Shown one piece after another: positions 36,944 to 51,981 of a stretch of DNA of 64,000 nt. The translations under genes and the position numbers were made by a program. Positions within the stretch are counted from its first letter, which is position 1. Each line of letters opens with the position of its first letter. The notes under the pieces are model-generated. The model was given only the letters and a program-made list of their open reading frames with translations. It was not told the origin of the DNA and searched no databases. This stretch comes from Lama glama (taxonomy: Eukaryota), in contig CM052823.1 in assembly GCA_028534125.1 (NCBI GenBank), forward strand, positions 21,576,001 to 21,640,000, in the 5' to 3' direction.

Positions 36944-37024
36944 GCCGAGGCCTTACACATTACCAACTCCTCCTTCTCCACTTGGAGCTCTTGTACCCGC
37001 AGAGCTGCAGGACAGCCTGGTAAA
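36944..37024 (-). pseudogene. Degenerate intronic duplicate of part of the ESRRB LBD exon (pseudo-exon)
   Basis: Aligns by hand to 39835-39919 at 66/85 columns, including an exact 17-mer (aactcctccttctccac). Translation IYQAVLQLCGYK / frameshift / LQVEKEELVMCKASA versus the functional [29 protein letters not shown]. Confidence 0.85.
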
Positions 37025-37569
37025 TGCCACCGGGGCAAGAAGTCCAGGTTCTGAGGATCTGTCTTGCACGACAAAGTGTGTACTCAGGCAGAGCTTGACG
37101 CTCGCTGCCGCTCCTGTTGGGCTCTGTTGGTCCTCAGGCGCTTTGTATGTGTCCGTGTGCCTGTGTGCGCGTGCACACATACGTGTGCCTGCCTCTGTGT
37201 GTTGTGATCAGGGCAAGAACAGCTGGCCGAGCTAAAGAGTCCTCTGAGAGCCCCTGCAGCTTGGCGCCTACGGGTGGGTGGAGGCGACAGAGTGGCCTCC
37301 CACCTCTTCACTCTCCTCTCCTGGCACGGGCAAGTGTGAGCTCTAGGTCTCGTGAGAAGTGGTCAGGAGAGTCCAAAATCAAGGATGTGTCCTCCAGGGC
37401 CTGGCCAGTCTTGCTGCGCCTCGCTGTGCTCACCCCCTGTCCTCCGCTTCCACTGGTTCCCTCTCCTCCTCTGCACATCCAAATTCCCAGCCCCTCTGCA
37501 AGCACTGCGGAGGGGTTACCCTGCTTCCCTCTGAATAGGAGAGCGCGGGGAGGGTGTGAAACACATCCT

Positions 37570-37840
37570 CATAGCGTGTAATGATGGAGATCTGTCATTG
37601 TGTTTGTCACAACCCACAGAACGGTACAAACACAGAGTAAACTGAGGGCAACCGTGGGCTTTTGTTAATAATAATGTATCAACATTGGCTCATGAATTGC
37701 AACAAATTACCATACCAATGCAAGATGTTAATAATAGGGGAAATTGTGGTCAGGGGCTGGGGACACGGGTAGGATGGTATGTGGAACTCTATGCCCTATC
37801 TGTCAATTATTTTGTCCATCTGAATCTCTACTGAAAAAAA
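37570..37840 (+). mobile_element. L1MC-type 3' end fragment
   Basis: aataatgtatcaacattggctcat...caagatgttaataataggggaaa...atgtggaactctatg followed by an A-tail. Confidence 0.75.
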
Positions 37841-39746
37841 ACCCCAAAAGCCCAACAGTGTTAGCATTCTCCAACAAAGAATACAGTACAATTTTAGAAT
37901 CCAACGGTATGTGTGAATGGTCTCTATAGAAGCATGTAAAAATTTTAATTCTTATTTTGCATTAGTTTTTTAATAAAAGAGATTTGAACTAAAAAAAAAA
38001 AAAAACAGCTTCCCTCTGTGTATTAGGTCAGGTTCTCTGGAGACAGACCCCTAGACAGGGCTTTGGGTGCATGGGACTTGTGGAGATTCAGGAGACAGGA
38101 AGGTGGAGAGGCAGGGTAGGGCAAGGGTGGGAGCAACCAAAGTAAGGAGGTAGCCTCGGCTTGGGCTGGATCCCATGCCAGGGGTCCAACCCTTTGTTCC
38201 CCTGTGTGGGTCCCCCATCGGCTGGAGGTGCCAAGGTGGGGCGGGTACTAATCCTCCAGGCAAGGCAGGTGAAGGTAGGTCTCTTGTGAAGGGGGCGGGG
38301 GGCAGCTGTGAGCTATTAGCAGCAAGATTCCGCAGCTGGGGCACAGGAGTACTAACCCAGTAAAGGGGGTCTGACTTGGGCATCAGCATCCGCAGGGCAT
38401 CAGCAGCATCCCCTGCATTCTCTACAAGGCCATTTGTTAGGGGACCAACTGTCCCAGTTTTCCAGGGCCTGAGGTTTCCTGGCACATGGAACCTCCAGTA
38501 AAAGTGTGACAGCAGCAAGCAAACCGGCTGGTTACCCTGTTTGTCCTGTCTCCACCAGGAATCAGCTCTTCCTCTTCCATATGCTGGTAACACTTGTTTC
38601 CTCTAATATTCATAATATTGATCACATTTATTGAACACTTCCTCTAGGCCAGGCACCAGGCTAAGTGCTTTATATTCAGTTGATCATTTCAAACAAAAGT
38701 GCTTGGAAGAGGAACAGGGATATCCCCACTTTACACACAGGACAGAGCTAAGGAAGATTGCCAACTGGCCCAAGGTCACACTGCTACTAAGTGCCAGAGC
38801 TAGAATTTTAACTTGGGTCCAAGCTGAACTTGACTCAGACTTGAACGATTAATGACTGCATGCCGCCTGGCAGTGGAATTATGTGTATGCATGCTTGACA
38901 CCCTCCCTTGCACAGGGACCCTGCCTTTCTCCTTCTTCTGCAAGCTTGACCCCTGCCCCAGCTCCTGGCCTGTACCTGCAGAGGGTGGACACCCTCTAAA
39001 TGTGGATACAGGTTACATTCAGGCTCATTCACCTGCGTTACCAACACCAGCCCCTCTCTCCAAATAGTCTAGCCAGAAGTTGGTTGGGGCTAAAGAAATG
39101 GAGTGAGGCCCCCTTTTTAATGCCAGGAAAGGTTTCTCTCTTGGGCCTGAGCAATTTGAGTGGGAGATTCAAGGAGTGGGTATAGGCTTGCAGTTGATTC
39201 TGGAATTAGAGGACCTTGGTTCGAGTCCTAGGGCTGACCCTCTTTAACTGTGTGACCCTGGGAAATTTGTAAGCCTCGGTTTCCACATCTGTAAAGTGGG
39301 GTTAAAATAATAACTTTGCTCATAGGGTTGACTGTAAGATGAAATCAGTTCGTGGCTAATTGATTTAACTTGGTTGAGTACTTATCATGTGCCAGGCATA
39401 TTGTAAGCATAGTGATATATAGATGAATCCCTTCATAGTTTTGTTGGGTAGAGATGGTTTATGGTCCCCATTTTACTGATGAAGAGACTGAGGCAGAGTG
39501 AAGTGAGGCACAGATTTGTCCAAGTGGTAGAAGCAGGATTTGACTCTCAGCAACCTGGCTCTCGAATCTGTGCTGTTAACCCTTGTGTTCATCTGGTCAG
39601 TAAGGCTTGAGGAATACTCAGCCAGTGCCAGGCTTCACCACCATCTTTTCGATTCTGCACCCCACCCCATCCCTTGCACAATCTTCAATGACAAAAAGAA
39701 CCTCAGTGTCTTCACACCATCCCTGCCTCTACAGCAGCCCTGCTCA

Positions 39747-40184
<438 letters not shown>

Positions 40185-43100
40185 TCATTGTACTTCCCGT
40201 GGTGAGTGAGTCAGACACGGAATTCGTAGAAGAGACTTACGTAACAGAACTCGGTCAATGCTGACTGTTGCTACTATCAGTACTACCGTTAGTCCCATTG
40301 TATTTTTCAAATGTCTGGAGAAGCTCTTTGATTCATTAAACGCATGTGTAGTTTTAGGAGTTACTGAATTCATAGCAGAATCAGGAGGTGGCAGTACAGG
40401 GTCCTGTCCACTCTGAGGAGTTTCCAGGTCTCCCTCTCTGCTCGAACCAGGGGCGGCTTTGGTGTTTTAAAGTGACATCTGATCCTCAGTGCAGAGTCTC
40501 AGCTGTGTCGAGACCCGGGCGCTCAACCAGGAAGGAGTCAGATGCTCCCGGCCAGTGACCTCCAGTGACCACAGTCCGGGACTGCTAAGAGCTCAAGGGC
40601 CCCCAGGTCAGAGGCCACCTGTCCTCCCAAGGGTCAGACCCTGCTGGCCCGGCCATCACTCTCCACCTAATGATGACCCAAGCAGTCCTATATTCTGCAA
40701 GCTTGGATCATGGGCGTTCCCCTTCCCTACTAGCAAGGAGGCTGTGTCCAGAGTGAAAGGAGGTTGGCGGTGGGGACGGCTCCAGAATTATGACACTGTC
40801 TTGTTTACTGGAGATTGCCTGGTATGGAATCCCGGCTCCTCATTTACTACTTATAGGCTGACCTTGTTAAGAGCTGTACTCCTTCCCCAAACCTCAGCTT
40901 CCTCATCTATGAAATGGGTATAATAGTAGTGACTGCTTCAGAGAGAGCAGTGACGTATAAATGAGACAGTGACTATAAAACATGCAGGACATTTACTGAG
41001 CTCTTATTATTATTAATGATGAGATGACAGTCTTCTGCAAAATGAGAATAATATACTGGAACTGTATTATATAGGCACTCAGGTAAACTCATTAAAATAT
41101 TGATTTAAGAGAAAAGGGAAAAAAAGAAAGGAAGGGAGCAGGTAGGGAAGCAGGGAGGGAGGAAGGCAAGCAGGGAGGAAGAAAGTTGATTTTCAAATAT
41201 CTTGGTCACTAAACACAAGGCAGTATGTTCAACCAGAAACTCCATGATGGTTTCAACACTGACCAGGCCAGATGAACCAAAAAGGAAAGTTATCCACCAA
41301 GCCGTTTGCACCATGCGCCCATCACAGACAGCTGAAATTAAGGAATCTCCGGGGTAATTTCACTGATGTAGGACTATTTACTTCACTTGCTGACCTAGAA
41401 CCTAACCCGGCTTGGATGTGGTGTTCTGATGCGGCTGTGGTAAGATGGCACGTGGGAAGCACTTAGCATCTCCCTCTACACACGCTCAGCAAACCTGAAC
41501 TAGGAAGGTGGTGATGGCTGGAGTCATTACTATTACTGCCATTGTTGTTGTTAGCATGCTATTGACATGACTTTCTTCTCCGCCACCAACTGAAGGTCTG
41601 GGGTGGTCCCAAGCCTCTGGTCTGGCCCAAGGCTCTGGGTTTCCGTGGGGTCTATCCCACCCTCATCTGCTGTCCTCTGTCTAAAAGCCACTGTCCCTCC
41701 CCATTTCCAACCAATGCAACCAGTGTTCAACTTTACGGCGTGTCCAGGGGATGCACCCTTTGTGCGGCAGGTCCTCTTTCCCAGCAAACACATTTTTGAT
41801 CTGACCACCTCGATTAGCAGGCCGATCTGTACAACCCGCACCTGGGATCACCGCCTGGCTGCTGGCATCCCCGCATCTGATCGCCCACAGAGCTGGCGCA
41901 ATGATACTGACGACATGGGGCAAGCCTGGATTGATGCACCTTCTCGGGGAAGAGGCCAAGGCACAGAGGGGTCAGGTGCACATGTGTTGTTGTCCAGATC
42001 AGTGTGGGAGAGGGTGTGTGGCTGCCTGTGGCAGTGGGGAGAGCCGGGAGGTAATGAAAGATAGATAGAAATGGACATCCAATTTCCCTTATCGGGCCTC
42101 TGAGCGGGAGAGGCCTTGGGCGACATTAATTAACAGATACCAATCAGCCAGCACAGGAGGGTGTGTGTGCGGAGGGACGTGTGGGGCTGCACTGGGGGCG
42201 GGGGTCTGAAGGCAGACAGACTGGGAGGGAAGGTGTAGGAGGTGAACGGGGCAAAATTAATAGACAATTGAATTGGAAGGTGGCAGGGGGGAGGGGTGTA
42301 GGAGTGAGGTTTCTGGAAACGAAGGAGAAAAGCCTCGTGGGAAGCTAATTACTAGAAGAGTGTGAACAGCACGCTCCGGGCCCCTTCATTCATTCCAGAT
42401 ACTTACTGAGGATCTACTAAGTGCCAGGCCCTGTGCTGGGCATTGGGGACAGAATGACTGGCTCAAACCAGAACCGGTCGCTGCCTTCGAGAGCTCAGTC
42501 AGGAGGGAAAGACACACCCCAGGTGACCACACGGCCCCACGAGGTTACAGCTGTCAGAAGAGCTACGGGGAGATGGAGGGCTCTGAGAATTCACAATGGC
42601 GGAAGAGAAAGTCAGTTCGGGGGACTTTGCAGAAAAGGAGACTTTGGGGCTGAGCTCTGAAGGGTGAGGTGGGGCCCTGACCAAGCACTGGGCCTGGTGC
42701 AAAGAAGGTGCCCCATGAACATTCTGGGCACAGAGGACAAAATGGACAGATGCCACTGGGCCAACTCCTCGGTGATGAGACAATGTGCCAAAAGAACTCG
42801 GTTAGACCCTCTTAGTCATTTAGACCGGAGTCCAGATTTAGCTGCCTTTGCTTATTGTGTCTGAGTCAGAGACAGGCCTGCAGGGCGGGTGGCGGGCGGA
42901 GGGAGGCTCGCCTTGGAGATGTGGGGCCACCATTGAGGATGCAGCTGAGACCTGTGTGCACACCCCTCTGCTAGGCTGATCTGAGGAGACTTGGCCCCTG
43001 ACTCCTTTCTAAGAATTTCTCCTAGCAACCACACAAAGATAAATGTGAAAAGGGCGTTTGTTAGATCCACTTGTAATGACCCAAAACAGGAGACAACCTA

Positions 43101-44005
43101 AGTGTAACCAATGTGATACATGCACTTATTATATAAATGTACTTCTTAGCAGATGAATGGCGTATCAGAAGCCACTAGAAAGAATGAGGAAGAACTATTT
43201 GTGTGGACGTGGAAAGATACCCAAGAGCCCAAGGAGGACGAAGCTGTTAAGGGCACAGATGCCAGAGCCAGCCTGTCTGCTGGATTCCTACCTCTGCTGG
43301 CCACTGGCTGTGACCCTGGGCACGGTTTCTGTGCCTCAGTTTCCTCATCTGTAAAATGAGGATAATAATAGTACTTATCTCATGGAGTTTTTTGGATTAA
43401 ATGAGCTAACGTGTGGAACACTCAGAACACGGCTTAGCTTACTAGTAAATCCTACTATTTTATACAACCAAAGGAAAAAAGCAGTGCGTAAAGCACTGTT
43501 ATAGTATGAGCCATGGTGGGTAGGGACAAAACACACACACACACACATACTGGCTATACCCATACAGGACTTTCCCAGAATGATGCTTAAGAAAGAGAGA
43601 GGATTTGGAATGCACAACTTCCACCCCTCAGCCACATCTTTACTAGAAGCACAAATTCTTTCTTTCATTAAACCCAAACAAAGGGGCTGAAGCACTCCTC
43701 CCTAGCCTTCAGCAGTGCATGCTTCACTTCTGCATTTCTGTGCTGGGCTGGGTCTCTGCCTCCATCAAGTGATCAGCAATTCTGGGGCAGAGGGGCTGCT
43801 GGGAGAGGCTGCACGTGGCCCGTGACCCTGGGAGTGCCCCAGCTGGATGCTCACGGCCCTCTCTTCCTACCTCTCCCACCTTGAGCTCTGCTGCCCCTGA
43901 AAAGTTACTTTATCTGTACCCACTGATCTAATAACAGTCAGGCTCTTCCTAAGCCCCCATCCCCCAGCGATTTGATGGCATGAGCTCCTAGAATTAAAAA
44001 AAAAA

Positions 44006-44169
44006 NNNNNNNNNNNNNNNNNNNNNNNNNNNNNNNNNNNNNNNNNNNNNNNNNNNNNNNNNNNNNNNNNNNNNNNNNNNNNNNNNNNNNNNNNNNNNNN
44101 NNNNNNNNNNNNNNNNNNNNNNNNNNNNNNNNNNNNNNNNNNNNNNNNNNNNNNNNNNNNNNNNNNNNN
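44006..44169. other. Assembly gap (164 N)
   Basis: Run of N after an A-tract. Confidence 0.99.
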
Positions 44170-47100
44170 TGGCCACTGGCGTTCTCTCCCCAGCGTGAGC
44201 CAGACGCTGGCTACCTGGAAGCAGGGCAGCTGAGGGACCCCCTGGTGAGGAGGCCTCTGGGGGGGTCCCCTGCAGAGGCCGTGCACAAGTCAGCCTGGGC
44301 CGTGCAGGCCGGAGGTGATGCACCAAGGGCGGGCAGGAGGAGGCGGTCCTGGCTGGGGTACCCTCGGGGCTGCCGGGGGTGCGGGAGGATAACGGCTAAT
44401 AACATCTGGAGGCTGCAATTCATCAAGTGATGCTCACTGCCTGTGAAAGGTTGTTGCCTCTTGTTCTAATCTCCCGCTCACGGGGAACGAGAGGTGGACA
44501 CTCTATAAAGACTTAGGCTTATCCCTGGGCAACCCAATACTTGGGAAACTCAAGCCTGTGTTGGGGTGGCCAACTTCAGACTGACTCCAACAAAGAATGG
44601 CTGCTATTCTGAGGGAATCACAATCAGCCCTTGCAAAAGTGTCCTGTGTTCAAAAATATGGAGGAAAGGGATGGGAGAGCTGTGATCGAGTTCATGATCA
44701 AATGATCCTTCCGTCCAGCTAAGCTGGTGGCTCATTGTACAGCACATAGTGCCCTTCTGGACTTTTCCTCCAAGGTCCCTGCCCATCTATCCTGAAGCCT
44801 AACATATGCTCTACTCTCTCCCCCGAAGACCATGGCGTCCCTCCCGCCTCTGCGCTCCATCCTGTGCTTCTTCCTGCTGCATTCTAAGCATCTGCCTTTT
44901 CACGTGTGAGAAACAGGAGGCGGGAGACGGGTGGGTAGAGAGGAAAGAAGACTGGCTGTGGTGGGTATAACTGTTGAGCTGGGTAATGGAGGTTCACTAC
45001 ACTATTTGGCTTACTTTTGTTTGAGATTTTCCACGAAAAACTTTTTAAAAAAATTATTTATCTTATTCCCAAATGAGACCATTAGGGTAAAAATTCATCA
45101 AATCCTTTGGATCAGCCACAACTCCTCCTTACATACAATTAATTCTCAATAAGCGTATGCAAAAGCAAGTATGACACACTCTCTGTGTGCCAGGCTCTGG
45201 ACTAGAGGCTGGATGATACTGAGGCATGAGATGCAGTTTCCTCTGCCTAATTCAGGGCAGTGGCTTGGGCTCCACTCCAGAGCTCTAACCTGAGCCGTCT
45301 TAAGAAGCCAGTCCTTCTGTCTGTCCAGAAACCAAGATGGACAGGAGCTGACACAAGTCCCAGGGTGGGACCCTGGCTCTCATCTTCTCTACTCAACCTG
45401 CCCTCTTGCTCATTCTTTCTCTTTCTAAGAGCTAGTGAGCAGGTCTTCAGATGAGTTTTCCATCTAATCTGAGATGGGATTAAGTCGATTAGTTTAACTG
45501 TATCAGGCACTTGATTATGTCATCACCCTTAATATGAGGTTTACATGCAGTGGCAGGAGACCTTGTTAATTAATTTTACCTTAAACACTAGAAGGTCAGG
45601 CCCAAATAATTCAGCATGCAAATTTATGCAAAATAGGCAAATTAGCATGAGACAGACAAATGAGCCCCTATGTTTATTTTATTTTTTAATCAAAAAGAAT
45701 TCAGCTTTGGACAAGGAGAAATGATGATATTAAAGGAGGCTTTTAATACTATTAGCAATGACTACGGCCGCAGTCACGGTCTCTGCCATTTATCCAGCGC
45801 CCACTGTGTGGAGGCTGGGCTGAGTGCACCATATCCTCCCAGTAACCCAGTGACGGAGGCTCTATTACGAGTCTCATTTCAGGTGGGGGCCCTGAAAAAT
45901 GCAGTATCTTGCACAAAGCCAGTAAAGATAGTGCTGGGATGAGAGCACAAGTCTGCCTGAATCCCAAGTCTGTACCCTCAGCAACCATTCTGCTCTGCCC
46001 ACTGCCCTCTTGGTTGGGCACAGACAGGAGGTGGAGCCGTTAGGTGGGAAGGAAAATGGATGCAGGGGAGGCAGTGCCTCCTGGTTGGACTCCACCCCTT
46101 GGGAGATATCATGGGTGGGGTAGGGGGTGGGTAGAAGGAGGCAGTGACCCAGGAGCCCCACCAGGAGCCACTCCTGAGCCATTGCTATGATCCAGTATCT
46201 GCTGAACCCGGAAGAGGAGTATGTGGTGGGAAGGGGTGTGTGTGGGCAGAGCTGTGCCCTATTTGGCCCTGGGTTAGTAGAGCAATCCAGGCTGAGGTGT
46301 CTTAAGCAGTGGCCTGACCCTACACCGGTGCTGAATCAGCACAGGGCAGATTGAAAAACTACTGAGTGTGTAATCCCAAGAGGCTGAGCTCCTTAGTAAG
46401 GGCGCTCCAGCCCAGATCCCCAGGGAGCGCACCCCGAGTCAGGGAGTCCCTGTGGAAGAAATCCTAGGCTTCCGCCAGCTGAGTGACACTAACACCCACT
46501 CTGAGCCATCGTCCTCAGGAAGGCTCCTTCCTGTATGTTAGCTGTGCACAGAACATCTTATATAAGGACTTTCTGACTTGCCTCAGTCAACTGTGAACTT
46601 TGGCATCTCAAGTCTAGGACACCTTTGCTACATAACCAGGCATGCTGTATTCATCCTTCACAGCCGGCGGCCAACACAAAAAGGATCTACGGACAGGAAG
46701 ATAAACTGTCGCCTGAGGCATAGCTAGAAGAATCCGAGTCCACAGCGGGTCATTGCCAGAGGAGAGCAGGATGTCTCCACCATGCTCTGAACCAAGCTGT
46801 TAGAACTGTCAAGGAATTAACTGCACAGACCTTAGAAAGCTCCCCAACCAGGGTGTAATGCAGAATATGTGGGTATCGGCATCTAAAAACCAAATTAAAC
46901 ATCAGCCCCCTCCCTATATCCAGAATGAAAAAAGCTCCAAGAGGGGCTTGGAGCCACATGCAATGAAGGGGAGTCCATATCACTCGAAACATGTTCATTA
47001 CATGTACTTTTTATGCCAGAAATGATCTTAAAATCACAGAATCCAAACTAAAAGACAAGCTTCCCTTAAGACCAGGCAAGTGGCAGTAGCAAGCATGCAA

Positions 47101-47630
47101 CTGATGTCAGCAGGTGCCAGAAGCATCACACACATGCTTGCATTTTATCCCCACATCAAAGCCCAGAGAGGTTAGGTGACCCACCCAGGGTTGCACAGAG
47201 AGCAAGTTGCAGACCCAGAACTTGAATCCCAGCCTCATTACCCAGCCCATATTCTTAACCACTCCACGTTACCGTCCTCTAATAAGAAGCAAGAGAGTCA
47301 GTCCCTCTTCTGTGTTGTTTTCCAGCAAATTTCCAATAAGGTCTATGTGAAAACCCTCCTCTTTGGCCTTTAAGAATCCAAAGACCTTGCTTTGATTATT
47401 ACATAGTGTAGAAACAATCGTAGCCCCACTAGAATGAGAACCAGTTCTGAAGAGCCCCCAGCAGCTCAGGAATATTACTGGACGTTCCAAACACCTTCTC
47501 ACTTCCAATCCCACAGAGAACAGAGCCCAGATTAAAACAGGATTGCCAAGGTTCCACTGGGCTCCTGGGTCCCAGGCTCCCATGCATCAGGACCAGAGAC
47601 GTGGGGAAAGTGGCTTCCAGTCTCTGACTA

Positions 47631-47906
<276 letters not shown>

Positions 47907-48231
47907 TCAGGCTCCAAGGAGCCCCAGGAAGGTCAGACATGGCTAGAATCTCCCCTTCCTTTCTGATGCCGTAAAGTTGCTGGCTGTTGGGAAATATCCT
48001 CCAAGGTAAGTTGCCCAGTGAATTCTTTAAAGTGGCATCTGCTTTGGGTGGGAGGTGAGGGGGCATGCTCTGGATGCTGGGCCCGTGCCTTCTTAGGACC
48101 ATGCTTCATTGGGAGCCATGTTCTATAAACCCTGTAGGAAAGGCCTTCTGAATGAAGCCTGAAGTACCCGACACCAATGCCAGACGCTGGTGCTTCTCTC
48201 TGTGACCCCCTCAGTGCCCCATAACCTATCA

Positions 48232-48570
<339 letters not shown>

Positions 48571-51500
48571 TCAGGCCAGGTGGTTGGACAATCCTAAAAT
48601 AATTGTCTTCAGTGTAATGGCTCATCCTGGTTGCCCTGAGGCCTGATCCTGACTCTCTGGATTCAGCATCCTCCAGAAATCCATCCCTGGCAACCTTCAG
48701 CTGTTAAGTCTTTCAGTCTCCAAAGGCAAAGCACAACAAAAGCATACTTCCAAGTGTTGGGGAAAGAAGACACATCATTGCAGACCTGCTGTGAATGCAG
48801 GCAGGACTGCGTTAGCCATAGGCAGCACCTCCACAGAGCTAAAGCAAAGATTTTCAAACTTTTCACATAAGAAGCATCTAGGTAGGCATTTGTTACAAAT
48901 GGCAATTTCTGGATCCCACCCTCAGAGATTCTAGGATTCAGTACTAGATAGAGTCTGTCTTCTACCAAAGCCCTCGTGGGATGGAGCACAGGGGGTTCTG
49001 GCCACACCTGGGAAATCCACGCCTAGAAATATCTCAGCAGCAGGTGCCAAAGTGGTTGTGGCCACTTCACACTGACACCCATTTCCAGGATTGAGGCCAT
49101 ATCCTAGGGAGACCTGTTTTTGTCACTGGGTCTTATACAGCCCTCAAGAAACCTGCCCCGCCCCAGCTCCTGCTGTCTGGACAGACACGTTGGTACCATT
49201 TGCCTCACAGGCAGGGCGGAGAGGGCCTCCAGTGGGCTCCTCAGCCCAGGGTACACAAGCCTATGTGTGGCCACCAACCTATGTGGCCTGACCTGAAAAA
49301 CTGGGTGGGACCCATCGACTTAGCTCTGAGTGAGAACTAACACGGGAAGCAGAGCGGCTCTCCTTTCCTCACCATGAAGTGGACTAGAACACAGAAGTCA
49401 GAACCAGAGTCCCCAGAGGGAGCAAGCTCTGTGGCCTCAGCCTCGGAGGTGACCAGCAACATTCAATCCTCCTCCCTTCCCCAAAGGTCAGCAGCATCAT
49501 ATGCACAGAGACCCAGCCAGTTGGTCTTTAGGCTCTGTCTTTCCCTGGTACTTCCTCCTGAAGTCTGACCATCCTTCCATCCTCCTAGCCCATGGGGGCG
49601 CACAGAGGGCAAGGAGGATGCTGTAAGCACACCAAGCCAGGCTGCCCTGGGGGGACGGTCACTGCTCAGCATTTCAGCAGCAGCATCCTTTGTACCCCAC
49701 AACCCGGCACTTCTGCACCTGATGCGGAACACGGCTGTAGCAAACTTCCTTTTCAGGGAGACAGTCCTCCCAGCATCCCATCCCTGCTTCCTATTTCAAG
49801 GCAATTCCCTGTGGGGGTCATCTTATTGGGGAGGCAGCTGTAGCGCCTTCAGCAGGGCAAGGAGGTGGGCAGATGCCACCTCTGTCGCCAACTCCATGTG
49901 GAATACTCTGTCCTTATGCAGGGCCTGGCCCTTTGTGGGTGTTCAGGTAAGTCTTGATACACACAGGAATGAATGCACCTCCATCCTTCCAACCCCCATC
50001 CAGGCTGGGTGCGTCTTCCTGGGCCCCAGTAACACACTGGGCTTTCCCTACCGACTAGGTGCCCTTAGACCAGGGCTGCTCACCATCCCACTCCAGGGTT
50101 TGTCACAACATCCAATACACCACGTGGGTGCTTAGAAAATGGGAGCTGTCACCATGCTCACCACTGTCATCATGACCATCACTTCCCCAGCACTGTGTAC
50201 ACCGCTGGTAAGTCACATTGATAATGAGAACAGCCTAACCTGTGGAGGACTTCCTGGATGTGTTGCCTATTTAATCTACAGCATAGAAAGCAGGTGCTAT
50301 TCCCATTTTACAAACAAGAAAAACTGAGGCTCGGAGAGATTTAGTAATTGCCCAATAAATTGCGCTCTTTGCTGTTCCGGGTATGACCTCCTAGGGCACA
50401 GCAGGTGTAAACTCCCTAAATTTTCTCTGCTAGATCTTTACAGTACGATGGTCAATAGCTCCAAACAATAAATGTATCAATTAACAGGTTATTCTGTTAA
50501 AAGACAGTAGACTTTTGGGTTTGATTATGCACAAATTGATATCTGGCATGAGATATGTTTGCTCTCCTCATGTCCTGTCTGTTTCTCCGAGTCCTACTCA
50601 ATGCACAAGCCCCAGACATTCCAGCCCACAGGACCCATCCAGCAAGGTCGCAGGCCCATCTCTGCCCCTTAGGGGTTACGTGGCCTTGGCCAAGTTGTCT
50701 CTCACGGCCTTGATCTCATCATCAGACGCAGGGGAGGAGGCAATGGTAATACCCACTCCGCTCCTGCACATGGCTTTCCTGACAAATGGCATAATAGTGG
50801 GAAAATGATCGGTAAATTGGAAAGTGGCTTCAGGAGCCAGGTGAAGCCATCTCTCTGTGGTTCTGTGCCTCCACATCCACCTGACACTTCACGTGCCACC
50901 TCTGACTCAATGGGCTCTTGGAGGACAGGGCCCAGGTCTGCCCCATTTTCTGAGCTCTCCCTTCCCCCACACACTGTCCCATGGTCAGTGTTTGCCAATC
51001 ATCATTTATAGGGTAGAAGGATCCTGGGGCATAGACCTGGGACCCTCAGGCTGGGGGCAGATGGCCCCCCCCATCTAAGTGAACAGCTTGCAGTACTCCC
51101 AAAGGCAGTTCACATCCTGCATGCACACTTGAAGGCCTAGTTCAAGTATTATCTCTACTGGGAAGCCCCTCCAGACGACCCCTGGCGGAGCTGGCCGCAC
51201 CCTTCTTGGGTTCCCTTTTGCTCGTTCTCTATTACAGCAACTCTGGTCTAAACGACTCTTCACAATACACTATATGCCCATCTTGTGGGCAACCCTAGGC
51301 AAGGACTTAACACTTATCTTTGCAGCCCAAGCTCAGCACCCAGCCCGTTATCAGTAATCAAGTGTCTGAGTGAAATGATGTGCCCAGTTAAATGAAGCCT
51401 TTTGGATTTAGCAAACAGAAGAATCTCGGGATTTGGTCCTTTCCCTAGCTTCCATTTGTCCTTCCAGCCTCCAGAAATTCACTGAGCCCATTTGTCATGA

Positions 51501-51981
51501 AATTTTCTCCTAGTATTGAGCTAAATTCTGTCTCCAGATCACATCCTACCCTCCACCCCATCCAGCGAGACTATCCCCTCTTCCACAAGACACCCCATTA
51601 TGGACTTGAAAATCCCGGACACCCTCCTTCCATAGCCAAGCATCCTTTATTGTCTACATTTGTTTTTAGGCCAGTCACCTCCTCATTGTCTACGCATTTG
51701 TCTTTATTTGATGTGATCTACTCTGCACTGAGAAAAGTCAGCCCCTCAAGGGCAGAGACAGTGGACAGAGGTCTGAATTCCTCTGTACTCTGCTTAACTT
51801 CTTCACCAATATCTTTTTATGTTTTCTTCAATATGCTGCTCACAATTTTAGTAAACAAACAGCAGCCTTTCCCCAAAAGGTAATGGTATGGACTGGATTT
51901 TCATCTCGAGAGCTGCAGTGATGTATCATGAATTCTTTAGAAGAGGATCACAAAATTCTAACAGTTGGGTCTGGCAGACAT

